Positions 26,440-38,967 of a stretch of DNA of 64,000 nt are shown in pieces. A model generated the notes under the pieces. That model was not told the origin of the DNA. It did no database searches and saw nothing but the letters and a program-made list of their open reading frames with translations. The DNA is from Mytilus trossulus (taxonomy: Eukaryota), in assembly GCF_036588685.1 (NCBI RefSeq), contig NC_086382.1, positions 56,482,001 through 56,546,000 on the forward strand. Reading direction: 5' to 3'. Numbering within the stretch: position 1 is the stretch's first letter; every line of letters starts with the position of its first letter. A program made the position numbers and the translations under genes.

Positions 26440-26650
26440 AAATATCACAAAAATACCGAAACTCCGAGGAAAATCGAAAACAAGAAGTCCCTAATCAAAT
26501 GGCGAAATCAAACGCTGTAACACACCAAACTAATGGATAACAACGTCATATCTCTGACTTGGTACAGGTATTTTCTTTCGTAAAACATGATGCATTACAC
26601 ATGGTTTTGTAGCTAGCTAAACCTCTCACTTGTATGACAGTCTCATAATA
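26440..26650 (-). repeat. Dispersed repeat family A
   Basis: atcacaaaaataccgaaactccgaggaaaatc...ctgacttggtacagg...ctagctaaacctctcacttgtatgacagtc. Confidence 0.8.
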
Positions 26651-27075
26651 TTCTTAAAGTGATAATCGTTACAGACGTCGTTGTAACATTACTTCTCATA
26701 GTCACTGTCTTCCCATCTACCCTACCTTAAATTCATTCAACCAACTTGATTTACACTTATGACATACTCCCATTAAGAAACAATCCTCTAATTATCGATA
26801 AATGAAGCAGATATTTTAACATATTACCTAACATATTGATGGCTGTCAAAACCATATGTTTATCATTGTATTTTTACTAACTAACATACATGACATATGC
26901 TGTTACAATATATGACAACATATTCCGTTTATTGTCATTAAAAGTGTAAACTTGTTTCATTTTTTATAATATGATTTGCCAAAGTTGTCCATTTACATTA
27001 GATAAAAGACTTAAAGAATTAAAAAAAAGATCAAATTTATTTGCCAAGATAGCACATTCAGTCCTCTATTCTCAC

Positions 27076-27150
27076 AATCTGTGTTCAAACAGCAACAGTG
27101 TATTGGCGAACAATTCAAAAAGGTCACGTGATTCTAGTATTACTGTTAAA
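27076..27150 (-). CDS. Candidate internal exon (75 nt) of an unknown minus-strand transcript
   Basis: Acceptor ttctgtttcacag|, donor |gtgaga; open in phase 2: LTVILESRDLFELFANTLLLFEHR, compatible with exon 28880-28971. No homology recognised. Confidence 0.4.
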
Positions 27151-27250
27151 CTGTGAAACAGAACCAACTGGACATTTTCCCACAGCTTCTCCTTACAAAA
27201 ACTACAAACCACAATAAGGCCTTTATAATGTATGTTTAGTTCACGCATCA

Positions 27251-27631
27251 TTGGCCTACAAATTGTATAAACAAAATTTTGAATTTGAGGAATATCTGAA
27301 TATTTTAAATGATAAAGATAGAATAACATATTGTAGATTTCGTACGGGTAACCATAAGTTACCCATCGAAACTGGTAGATGGAATAAGATTGAGCGAAAC
27401 CTTAGATATTGTAACTTATGTCATTGTAACGAGATTGGTGATGAATTTCATTACACTTTGCAGTGTAGTTCTTTGGCAAATTTTCGAGCACAATATTTGG
27501 ATACTTTTTTCTTGCACAGATGTAACATACTAAAATTTGAAAAACTATTTCAGTTAAAAATTAAAAATAAGTTGAAAAAGCTGTGCAAATTTATCAGGGT
27601 TATAACTTTTCAAGTGAGTCTTCCTGGTTAA
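27251..27631 (+). pseudogene. C-terminal Cys/His zinc-binding region of LINE ORF2 (fragment)
   Basis: FRTGNHKLPIETGRW...RYCNLCHCNEIGDEFHYTLQC is the motif found after the RT domain in invertebrate LINEs (RTEX/CR1-group type, recalled); no true ATG and no RT domain upstream. Confidence 0.85.
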
Positions 27632-27781
27632 TCACCACTCTTCTTTACTATACTGTTTATCATGTATTATTTGATATTTTCATCTCATCTTGTCATGTGT
27701 GTTTGTGTTATGTTATATGACTTTTGATGAACTTCTTTGTACCATTGTATCTTTATGGTGTTTAAGAAATAAAGAATCTTG
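27254..27781 (+). mobile_element. 5'-truncated LINE (non-LTR retrotransposon) 3' end
   Basis: ORF2 C-terminus, then a T-rich 3' UTR ending aaataaagaatctt, abutting a family-A copy. Confidence 0.85.
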
Positions 27782-27782
27782 T

Positions 27783-27965
27783 AAATATAACGGAATTTGA
27801 TGAGACTGTCGTACAAAGTGAAGGGTTTAGCGCTATAAAACTAAGTTGAACCCTCCATTTTCTACATTTGAAAATGCCTGAACCAAGTCAGGAACATGCC
27901 AGTTGTTGTCCATTCGTTTTTGATGTTTTGATTTTGAGGTCAGTTTTTTTGTGATTTAACTTTTT
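27783..27965 (+). repeat. Dispersed repeat family A
   Basis: ggaatttgatgagactgtc...cctgaaccaagtcaggaacatgccagttgttgtccattcg. Confidence 0.8.
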
Positions 27966-28879
27966 TCAACAACAAACAAAGCTCATAACGTAAAATAAGC
28001 TATAAATGTTTGCAGCATGACATAATGTGCAACCAAGTATAGAAAAAACTAACGGCTTATTTTATACTGATAAAATGAACGAAAATCAATTACAACCAAC
28101 AGCACTAATAAAACTCAAAAACGGGTTAAACTAACAAAAAGCAAAAGACAAAAAGTGCCGCTTGAAATATCATTACTTTAAGCTAGTCCAAATTTCAACT
28201 TTTACAGAACTTCGTTTTCTAAGACTCAAATACCAATCAAAACACATTTATCAAATTTAGTGTGATGACATCATTATCAGTCTGGAATAAACCCCCTGAT
28301 CTTCCGCGATGTCATTATATATGTATTGGCCAGATTGAAACATTGATAGCAATACTGATTATTATTATAATATCAAAAATAAAACCAATGTAAGTATCGA
28401 TAAAAACAAAATCAAAGATATTACTACATTGATATATTTATAACCGTTAAGAGCATTTTTATTAAATGGAGCAATAATTTTACATGATCGTTTCTGAATT
28501 TGCGGCCTAAAATCACAACATCACTGTAAATAAAATGTGATATCCTATTAGTGACTCAGCCAAAACTCCAAGTCAAATGTTTGTATCAATAAGAGAAATG
28601 CTATTTAACACGTTTTAAGATCGAAATATCCGACTCAATAATTTGCCAGTTACATATAACGATTGTCATTATTTAGATATATAGGTATAAAGCTTCTTAT
28701 TTGACAGACACTGACACTTAGAACGAGTTAAAAGTAGTGTACACAGTAACAAGGGTGTGAAACGAAAACTGTCTCTTTTGTCGTTAATTCACTATGCAGG
28801 TTTTTTTCTTGTGATTTTAATATATCTAAACATGAAGAAAACCAACTAGAATATTTGTATTGCATTAATTCAAACTCAC

Positions 28880-28971
28880 TTTGTACGAGTAAGTTTCTCC
28901 AATGTCATTGATAGTTTTGCATTTAATATACAACAGGAAGGAATATTCCTGCACGTTAAGGCTGTTATTCC
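28880..28971 (-). CDS. Candidate internal exon (92 nt) of an unknown minus-strand transcript
   Basis: Strong acceptor (ctgac, long T tract, gttatttttttcag|) and donor |gtgagt; frame 0 open: GITALTCRNIPSCCILNAKLSMTLEKLTRT; frame 2 is also open. Coding status uncertain. Confidence 0.45.
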
Positions 28972-30943
28972 CTGAAAAAAATAACATCTGACATCATTGA
29001 AGAAAAAAAAAAAGTCAGATCTCAAGAATTGAAATCGTGTAGATCGAAAATACATGTAGCGATATTTCATATTTCTATAATAAAAAAATGACCTCAAGAT
29101 TTATCGAATTTCGTAACTAATATGTCTATGTATTTATTTGTCCGACTGTATTCCAAGTGATGTGTTTGGTTTGTTTGAGCTTTTCATTTTTCTATTTTCC
29201 TAGGAGTTCAGTATTTTTGTGATTTACTTTTCACTAGTGTTGAAAGTAATTTGTAATTTTGTCAAAAATGAGTAAAATGTGACTGGTTTGAAAATTCTAA
29301 ATATTTGAACAATACAGACACGTGTTTCTTTTTTTAAATAATAAAATTATATGCACTGAATGCGACTTTTGGAAGAGAGACGTTCATAGTATGATCGTGC
29401 AACCGTCTATTATTTGATTGACCCGGACGTGAAAATCACTCGGAATATTGCAAATTTTCTGCTTTGTGTTAATGCTGCAATTACACAAACAGAATTTACG
29501 CACTAATGAACCGTTAATATAAAGTTACGGCTTCTCGTAATTCCTTCCTCTGGGAACTCTAATTTGGCGTATTCGACTTGTGGGTAGTGTAACAAAATTA
29601 CGGACAATAATGACCGATGTTGGTCATCAGACGAAACTAGAACAGCTGTTATTCTTTGACAAATAACGGGTTATATCTAAATTCTTGTCAATTTTGATCG
29701 AAATCAATTAGAAGTTTATCTGCCTCTAAACCAAAAGATCAAATCCAAAGCTTTATATTGATTTATTTTAACACTAAGTTGTCATTTATATAATTGCATC
29801 GTTTACTGGAAAATTTGAGGGTTAATGGAACTGCTCTTGTGCTTAGAACGACCTATGAATGAAGATATATGTGAATAAGTTGACAAGATATGTAGTTTTC
29901 ATTAGAAGTTTCCAATATAGTTTCTTTTCTTCAAAAGAAAGTTGTATATAATAAAAAAAGAAAAAAATGAAAGATAAATAAGAAATTGTGTTCAAACCTT
30001 GTAACTACATTGAAAACAATCGCGCAATTGGTCTAACTTTGATTAGGGACTTTGCGTTTTGAATTTTCATCGGAGTTCAGTATTTTTGTAATTTAACTCT
30101 TTGTTTGTACTATACAAATCAAGCAAGATTCAAAAAATATATTGCAAAGGTTATCAAACAATGTAGCTTGATACGAGATGCTTTCAATGCAACATTTTTT
30201 TAAAAACATCAACTTGTGAACTTGTGTTCATACTTTTGTTTACTATTGCATAGTTGTTGTTGATCGCATATATTATAGTTTCCTTTGTTGAATTGACCAA
30301 CAACTTGTTTAGGCTAGATAATATTAGCAATCTAATTTGTCATATATAAATATACGTTAAGATTGCATTTTTCAGAAATTTGTTTGGTGGGTGCTGTCTT
30401 ATCTATGTTATATTCGCGTTCATCTGAACATATGATGCACATTTTGGAAGAAGCAAGCCTCTGGGTGCGGATTTTTCTAGCTGTTTTGAAGTTCCATTTG
30501 ATGGCCCTTCATTGTTTTGTGATTTGTGTTCTAATTGTTGTTGACATATTCCCCAGTTCCATTCTCCATTTTATGGAACAATATTTATGAAGCCTTACCA
30601 AGTCAAGAAACGTCAGGTTCATTGGATAAGTGTATTAAAACATTTACTGTTCAAAGACATCATGTTTTGGAAGACAGATTTGAATAATCGGCATTATTCT
30701 TTGTTTCCCAAGATATCATGACTTTTGAGGGTTTTTTTTTTGTAATTAATTTGACAAAATATCAAATTTAAAGTGATCAATAAAAATACAGATATAAAAC
30801 ATAAGTCAGATTTTGACATTAAAATGAAAATGTTTTGTAGTCAAGTCATGCTAGAGGAACCTGACAAAACATGAAAAAATATTGATAATTTATAAAAATG
30901 ATGAATTAGGTGACACCTTTTTATAAATATATAAATTACTTAC

Positions 30944-31072
30944 ACATGTATTGATGACTATTCTGTCAACAGGTGCGCGTTGGAGTGACCGCTTCTCATC
31001 AGTATTCATACCAAATCGCCAGGAAAACACCATAATTCCACGTTTAAGTTGTCTTATAGTGAAGCATCATAC
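30944..31072 (-). CDS. Candidate exon (129 nt), possibly carrying the start codon (ATG at 31033)
   Basis: Acceptor aattttcag|, donor |gtaagt; ATG 31033 to the donor is exactly 30 codons MVFSWRFGMNTDEKRSLQRAPVDRIVINTC (phase 0); in-frame TGA upstream at 31067-31069. Confidence 0.4.
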
Positions 31073-34000
31073 CTGAAAATTTCAAATGGTTAAAAATTCA
31101 GATTTAATGACTTAAATATCGAATCTAAAAGTAATTATTCAAATGAACCGTCAAACAAATGCACAAATCATTGCATGAAGATTGTAAACCTGTCAAATAT
31201 ATATATTGATAATGATTTTTTTTAAAGCAACTTTAAATACACGTGTAAAAATCATTTCAATTCATTTGACTTAGTTTAAGTCTGCAACCGTAAGATAAAA
31301 ATAGACAGAAAGAGTTTCTTACAATTGTAATGAGTAAAAAGTTGACGGAAATAAGACTTTTGGCAAGGGATTTTCATATAACCACATGTTAAACTGAAAA
31401 AAAGGCCAATATTACTATTGTATTATTTGGTGTAATATGTCTTAAAGGGAATATTATTATTCACCATTCGTTTTGAAAATGAAATTATTGGGGGTTTTTT
31501 CATGCCATTTTCTGTACAATTATTCAGTTTCATAGCAGTCACACTTCTGGTACAATATACAGACCTACAATGTACCACAAGAATGATGATACTACACACA
31601 TTCGATAATTAAATACAAATCAAACAGCAATATCTTATAGATTAAGTTACAGTAAAAAGAAATCAGGTTGATTGGCCTTCCAAGACCGTGCATGTTTTAA
31701 AAACTTCAGAAATATGAATGGTTTCCAAAGCATTTATACTAACCATTAACTTTTTAAAAAAAACCTCTAATTTGGGGAACTGACGTTATGGACTTACATG
31801 TTTAGTAAATTCAGGGAAATATGTTTTTCATAGTTTAGTTCGATTTTTTATTGTAATTTTGCATTTTTCTTCGCCCTCAGAATCATTTCGCTTTTAGAAC
31901 AAATGAAAGATAATACAATGACATTAACATTGTCTAATTAGAATATTCCAAGGACTTGTCTGCAAGTCTAGATCCGCACACACCAACTTTACAGAACTTG
32001 GAAGTATAACAATATGTAATGTAAAAACACATGCGAGGGTGGGACATAACTATCTAAGATAAATAAAAACCAAATTTTGATAAATGTAAATACATATATT
32101 TAAAATGTGTTTGATCCTTAATACCTTTTTGATTTTAATTTTCGACAAATTAAATATGTAGTGGGAAAGCTCATTTAATGTTTCCCATCGTGTGAATAAT
32201 ATATGGTTATAAAATGTTCAAAGCACCTTGTGACGTAATAAAAACTGTCTGATATAGATCATAGTTGGTGCAAAGAAGCTGAATTCTTTTAACCTTAGTA
32301 CAGACGGTAATAAAAATGATAAATTATACAATAGACAAAATAAAATACAAAATATGTTGCTTTAAAACAAAAGTCAAAAGATGAATAAATATTCTTTTTA
32401 CAAAGCAAAGTAAATATTGAACAAAAATGACACAATGAAACAATTGCAGCATATGTTAGAGTCACTATGGCAAGATTCGATCACGGTCCATTATACTCTT
32501 GTTAAATGCATACATTGTTCCTTGTCAATAAAAGTACAACTTTATCCTTGCAAGAGGGATATAATAAAGAAATGTTACACACATGTTAGTGTTAGTATGG
32601 ATATTATCGGCCCAGCATGATCCTAGTCAAAACCCAATCAACTGTTGTAATCTTCTTATTTTTTAAATTATCGATACAGGTGTTAGGCCAAGAAACTTGC
32701 GGTAATGTATTCCGCCTTTAAGTTTCATTTCATTTATTTTCTAGCCTCTCGAGGAATAGAATTTACAATAAAATCTTTTTTTCATTTGAACTACAACAAG
32801 AAAATTGCGTGGTAAGGTACAATATAGCAATGAAACTTTCAATTAAAGACGGAAATTTCATCGTTTTTTTCTTCAGGTTCACAAAAAATACACACGCAAC
32901 GAGTAAAAAATATAGATGGGAGAAAATTCGTTTGCCACTCTGTGAACTATAATTTGGCAAGTATTTCTTAATTAAATCGAGCTTATGCAATATAACCCTT
33001 GACAAAAAAAAATGTTAAAATATGTTATATATATAAAAATGCGATTGTTTTCTTTGAATATGCTTTTACACTATTGAGGATTTGTTGGAGTAGTTGTTAA
33101 GAATTATTTTAAACTATTCTTTTTCTATCTTTCTCTCCCGGGATCCATTGATTACAATAATGATAAACTCAAATTTATTTTGGTAATTTTTTAAAACTTT
33201 TTATTGGTTCGAGGTTTCACTGTATACACTCTTAGACTAATAAATGCTGATGAATACCCCCAATAAACATCATTAATAGTTCAATAATACAAAAATGCAG
33301 AAATTAAAAAAAAATCACTCATAAATTTTACTTTAACTTAATAATGTAAAATAATGACAAAAAAGGGGAAATTAAGTATGCCTTTTCATCCTAATATTTA
33401 ACACATTGTTTATATAAATACTTGATAAAAATCAGTCATGCTTCTTCAATATTATTCAATTAATATGGTTGCTGAAGCTAGAAAAGGTTTTAACACATGC
33501 AGTCTTTTGTTTTTACTTAAGCAATGGAAATCAAGAATCACGTTTTTTTAAATTATTCATAATATGAAGATATTATACATACACAATGTATTTAATCTCA
33601 TTATGTTCAGTATGCCCTTTTTTTTACCAATACACTGGGGTAAACATAGTGAATGTAATCTAATGTTCTGCTGCGAAGGCAAGGTACTCAATTAAATATA
33701 TTGTGTTTTAACAACACAGGTTAATGAGCAATAAATTAATAAATTAACAACATGAATGAGTTAGAGATTTACCGTCCCTTGTGTACCAAAACACTCTATC
33801 AATTCTGTGTATGTTTTCATGGTGCTGTTGTTGGTGTTTGGTGCACAATATTTCATGACTAAGATTTTCGTTCTCGGCACACATTCGAAAGACTGTTAGG
33901 TGATTAAATTATTAACAACTGACTGCATAATAGTATAATTTATTGTTTTAAAAATAGAACTACTTATATTAATGAAAAGACTTTTTCATAATCAATATAA

Positions 34001-34336
34001 TGCAGTATATATTGTTTATAGAATGGTATGTATACAAATGATAATTTCTTTCTGCATATGAATTACTGGGTCGATGCCACTGCTGGTGGACGTTTCGTCC
34101 CCGAGGGTATCACCAGCCCAGTAGTCAGCACTTCGGTGTTGACATGAATATCAATTATATGGTCATTTCTATAAATTTTCTGTTTACAAAACTTTTAATT
34201 TTTCGAAAAACTAAGGATTTTCTTACGCCCAGGAGTAGATTACCTTAGCCGTATTTGGCACAACTTTTATGAATTTTTGGGTCCTCAATGCTCTTCAACT
34301 TTGTATTTGTTTGGCATTTTAACTGTTTTGATCTGA

Positions 34337-34380
34337 GCGTCACTGATGAGTCTTATGTAGATTAAACGCGCGTCTGGCGT
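34337..34380 (+). ncRNA. Type I hammerhead ribozyme, core-mutated copy
   Basis: gcgtca-CTGATGA-gtc-ttatgta-gat-TAAA-cgcgc-GTC-tggcgt: G12 of GAAA replaced by T. Confidence 0.75.
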
Positions 34381-34693
34381 ATTAAATTATAATCCTGGTA
34401 CCTTTGATAACTATTAACACCACTGGGTCGATGCCACTGCTGGTGGATGTTTCGTCCCCGAGGGTATCACCAGCCCAGTAGTCAGCACTTCGGTGTTGAC
34501 ATGAATATCAATTATATGGTCATTTCTATAAATTTTCTGTTTACAAAACTTTTAATTTTTCGAAAAACTAAGGATTTTCTTACGCCCAGGAGTAGATTAC
34601 CTTAGCCGTATTTGGCACAACTTTTAGGAATTTTTGGGTCCTCAATGCTCTTCAACTTTGTATTTGTTTGGCATTTTAACTGTTTTGATCTGA

Positions 34694-34737
34694 GCGTCAC
34701 TGATGAGTCTTATGTAGACGAAACGCGCGTCTGGCGT
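34694..34737 (+). ncRNA. Intact minimal type I hammerhead ribozyme
   Basis: Stem I gcgtca/tggcgt; CTGATGA 34700-34706; stem II gtc/gac; GAAA 34720-34723; palindromic stem III ACGCGCGT; GTC triplet with predicted cleavage after 34731. Confidence 0.9.
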
Positions 34738-37700
34738 ATTAAATTATAATCCTGGTACCTTTGATAACTATTATGTTATTGTATATATAAAATACAAACA
34801 CGGGACCCGGTGATAGAGTAATGCAGTCACATTGACAGTTTTTAAGACGGTCCTCAAACATTTATGTATATCTATATAATTATATAGACAAAGGTAATTT
34901 TTGGAAAAATGATTAGAAATTTAAAAGCTATCAGATTATAAACAAATGACGACAATGCAACATGCGATACTGACTGAAACAACTGTATACGCAATAGTGC
35001 AAATTACCTTTTCTATCTTGAACGGTGAACATAATAAGGCTAGCTACCCTTTTCTTAATAGTGCAAACTTCCTTTCTTTAAAATCTTTACCCTATAAAAA
35101 GGACATTCATTGTCACTAGTTTTCAATTTCTTTTTATACATTTGATGTAGACAGGGCTAGTTCAGATCAATACATATTTCATATTACCTCTTTTAGTATT
35201 GGTCTATACATTTGTATTTCACGTTTGCAGTTCAACATAATAGAAAACCATTGAAATAACTCCACGGACAAATTTCAAAGTAATTTGAAAGAATTTATTT
35301 GAAAAGTTATTAAAAAACAACCATAAACAAATATTAAGATTTTAATCCAATTTACAGTTTCCTAAATAGTGCCCCTTGAGTACATTTCTTCTTAAGAAAT
35401 TTTCCACTTGCTTTCACCTTAGTCTTCTGTGTCAATAGAGCATTCTTATCAGGCGTGCAATATGGGCGACATTAAAAGATTTCTATTCAACACTGGATGA
35501 AAAGATAAAATAGCTGTAGCACACGTGCGAGCTAGGACTAGATGATAAAACCGGATTTAAAAGGTCTGCAATAATACACCAGGACATAAAACGCAGTAGA
35601 TTCGTACCTAGCTGGCTTATTAATTGTTTCATTATTTGTTCACTTAACAATAAAAAAGCAATTAATATTGATCTTTCATTGTGGTTGTCCGTGTGAAAAG
35701 AAATATGTAACAATTTCATAACTATTTTGAAAATGGTGTGTAAACAAGAAAACCTGTGGTTAGTGTTTATGTACTTCTAGATATAAACCCTAAGACAATG
35801 ATTGCCAAAAGAACAACAACATGTAGAAATATACCAATGACAAAAAGTTGTAAAATTAAACATCAACAAGTCGCCGTTCAAAAGGAAGACGATCACATGG
35901 TTACAAGATCCCGCCTTAACTGGGTCAGACAAATGAAGTATGAATCAAGGATATCAAGTCTGCAAGCTTTCCCTTAACACAAGACAGTGTAAACTAGCTA
36001 CCATCGAAAAGATGTCGTTTTCCCTCATCCTTACTGCAGTTTTCTTAGGGTGGTTCAGTGATATCGCCATAACAACAACATACTGTAGCATTAATAGAAT
36101 CAACTAAGATATGTGAACACCACAGGAAAAGGAACAGGATCTCTGCGGTAAAAGAACAGGGTAATAATACAGACAAAAAATATTAAAAAAATACCAAACG
36201 GCCAAGTTTTATTCAAAAAGGGGCAAGTCGATAAAACATAACCAAATCAAACGTTCGACTATATCAACATACTGAACAAATGGAAAACATATTGTCATAT
36301 ATCTGACTTTGTTCAAGAAGCTGCCGAGTTCAGCCTGGTTTAATAGCTAGCCAAACCTCCCACTTCTATGACATTCCGTTATATCGTGAAATATTTAGAT
36401 AAGCAAAACTGTGTGAGCAACAAAAACAGACTTAATCGGTAAAGTAACATTAATTGGAACCCAGCAGTCACAACTGTTAAGATATATCACAGACATACAC
36501 ACATACAATGAACTTAAAACAAATCAAACAAACATAATGATAAATTTGACAAATTATAGACTCCAACAAAAAGTGTGTTTTAGTTGATAGTACAGTAAAA
36601 ACAATTTCTATTACACTTTGATGATGGGCACACAAATAGTAAAATATAAATGCATGATCATACAAAATGTTACCACTGGCAACACTATTTATACTAATGC
36701 GACCGAATCGTTTCTCTGAAACCATCTGCAACGGAAACGCTTTAGTATGAGAAGGTTGTTCCAAAAACTCTCTGTATCATTCAAATTAGTTTTAAATTAA
36801 CGGTATACCAGATGGTTCTTAGTACAAACAAGTTATTTACCTAATCTGCTCCAATGAATATTTATAAACAATGTCAGAATACTGTCATTGTAGGAAAGGG
36901 CAGTGACCACATGGTGCACTTTTATTTGTGTTCGATGTTTTATTTTTTTGTTGTTCTGGTGTAGAGTATAGTAAAATATACACAATAAAGACATGTATTA
37001 CTGTAATGCAATAACGCATTGTTATTGTTATGTTTGTGACCGTGATTTTGCCGATCTCTCGTTGATTTATGAATTTTGATTCTCCCTATGGTATCTTCCC
37101 CTTTTACATATCCTAAACAAGTTTCATTCCTAAAAAAATGCTGTTGGTTATCTTCTTTTCATAGTTGAGTTTGGTTGACATCTTTTTTCATACTATCATA
37201 AAGACATGCAAATATAAATGATTGCTACTGGGTTAATTATAAGTTTGAAGCTAGGATTTATATAAATAATAGTACAGACATTCCAGGTCGATTTTTGAAC
37301 TACAAAAAGTACTACTGCAATGTTTAATAATTCACTAACTAAGGATATTCTCAAAAATGAATTCATATGCAGCTATCTTGCATGGATTCAAATAAAAACA
37401 ACTACTACCCATAAAAGGAGAAATTGTCAATGAAACAAAAGATCTACTACACACATCATATCTCAGTGGTTATACGGTAATCTAGAATTGACACCCATTG
37501 ATTATATAGAAAGCCACATTCGTAGTTTTGGCTATGCTCTACGTGACTTGATGGCTACGAAGCGAAACATAGCCAATACCCAACATTCTATACAGTGGGT
37601 AGCACCAGAGTGTTAATGACAACACTATTACGAATTTATCTAAAAGGATGCCATCCTACACTCTAATATCAACGGCTGTACTTTGAGTATTTTCTCTACA

Positions 37701-38967
37701 GTAAAATAATGAACAGTGCCGAATGACATGACCATGCACTGCCAAAAGATAATCTCTCTCAAATTTCAAATACCGTATATAAAAAATCAGCAAAAAGAAT
37801 AGATCACTCATAGACTACCTAGAAAATGGGTTCTGAAATAGGTAAAACCTTTTTCAAGAAATAATAAAAATAAAATCTCTTCAAAATTTTTCATTGAGAT
37901 ATTTGTTTCAGCTATATATAACTAGTATATTTAACTACGTATGAACTACATGTAATTATACTGCATGACGAACATGACTACGAAAACATCAGATTTAAAA
38001 GTCATCTTTTGTAGAATCATAATCTCTTGTGTACTCTTAATAAGTAATAATTATCTGTATGTTCCCAGTTTAGTAACAGTTTATTAAAATAACACTAGGA
38101 AACTAATGTCTTTCTGCGATGCTCTGTTATATCCATATTTTTACCTATATTACGATTTATTTTCTAATAACCATGAAGGATTAAATTTTACAGATATACG
38201 GGAGGTATGCGTATTTTTATTACAAAAATGGCACTTTTTAACGCTAAGCATGATAAATAACGTGTGAAAAAGCTTATGTCTTCTGCAGTTAAATACCTCA
38301 TACGAAACGTTAATAGAAAATCCGCTGATATCATTTAGTGAATTTCGGTGGCACAAGAAGTTTAAGCAAGTGTATAACTGCTACAAAGATAAGAAGATCA
38401 CGAAAAGTGACACCATTCTAAATCGGTTACCGTTGGTCATTTTGCAAAGGGATTTTAAATGATATCTTCCTGAAATTAATTAAAAACAGCTTAATCCTAC
38501 TGAGCATGGAATTGTTTGTCAAGACTGGCAAGAAATGCTGACGGATAGAAGAAAGATTCCGAACAAAAATTTGTTCATGCATATCAAAGATCCAGCTGTC
38601 TTCGAATAAAGGACCATGTGACAGCATGTCACAGAATTACGACACAAACGACAACGTACAGTTTTAATCAACTCCAGAAAGCAATACCTCGATGGCATAC
38701 CTTTTAAAACTATTATATGGAAAGGCAGTGATATTCTTACTACATTGGTTTTGAATATTGAACAAGGGATAGATTCCTACGGCGATGAATTAAATTTATG
38801 TCTAATTGTGTGGAAAGTTCTAACAATATTGTGGGAAATAATCACTGGGATACCATAAGATCAAAACATTAAACATTTTAATGATTGATCCGATAATTTC
38901 TACAATTTTTAGTATTTTATACCAGTCTCAAGACATTTGATTAGTTTTCCATTGTCAAAAGTTTGTA

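Larger units (their letters stand above)
34065..34773 (+). mobile_element. Tandem dimer of a 357-bp hammerhead-containing retroelement (non-LTR retrozyme-like)
   Basis: Units start at 34065 and 34422; by eye they differ at only 4 positions; each has a GC-rich structured 5' part and a type I hammerhead motif; no ORF. Confidence 0.92.

Noticed and set aside
30970-31005. Minus-strand ctgatga...aacgcgcacctg resembling the hammerhead
   Set aside because: No GAAA, no stem II and no flanking retrozyme similarity.
32767-32861. Signal-peptide-like minus-strand ORF start (MKFPSLIESFIAILYL...)
   Set aside because: Splicing to the downstream candidate exons gives early stops, and hydrophobic translations are expected from T-rich DNA.
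34082-34118. Antisense hammerhead-like string (ctggtga-taccctcggggac-gaaac-gtc) on the minus strand of the retrozyme unit
   Set aside because: The core is CUGGUGA rather than CUGANGA, stem II lacks the R10.1-Y11.1 pair and there is no proper stem I; it is explained by the plus-strand hairpins.
38330-38860. Protein-like plus-strand stretches without ATG
   Set aside because: Interrupted by stops, no recognisable motif and no convincing splice sites.
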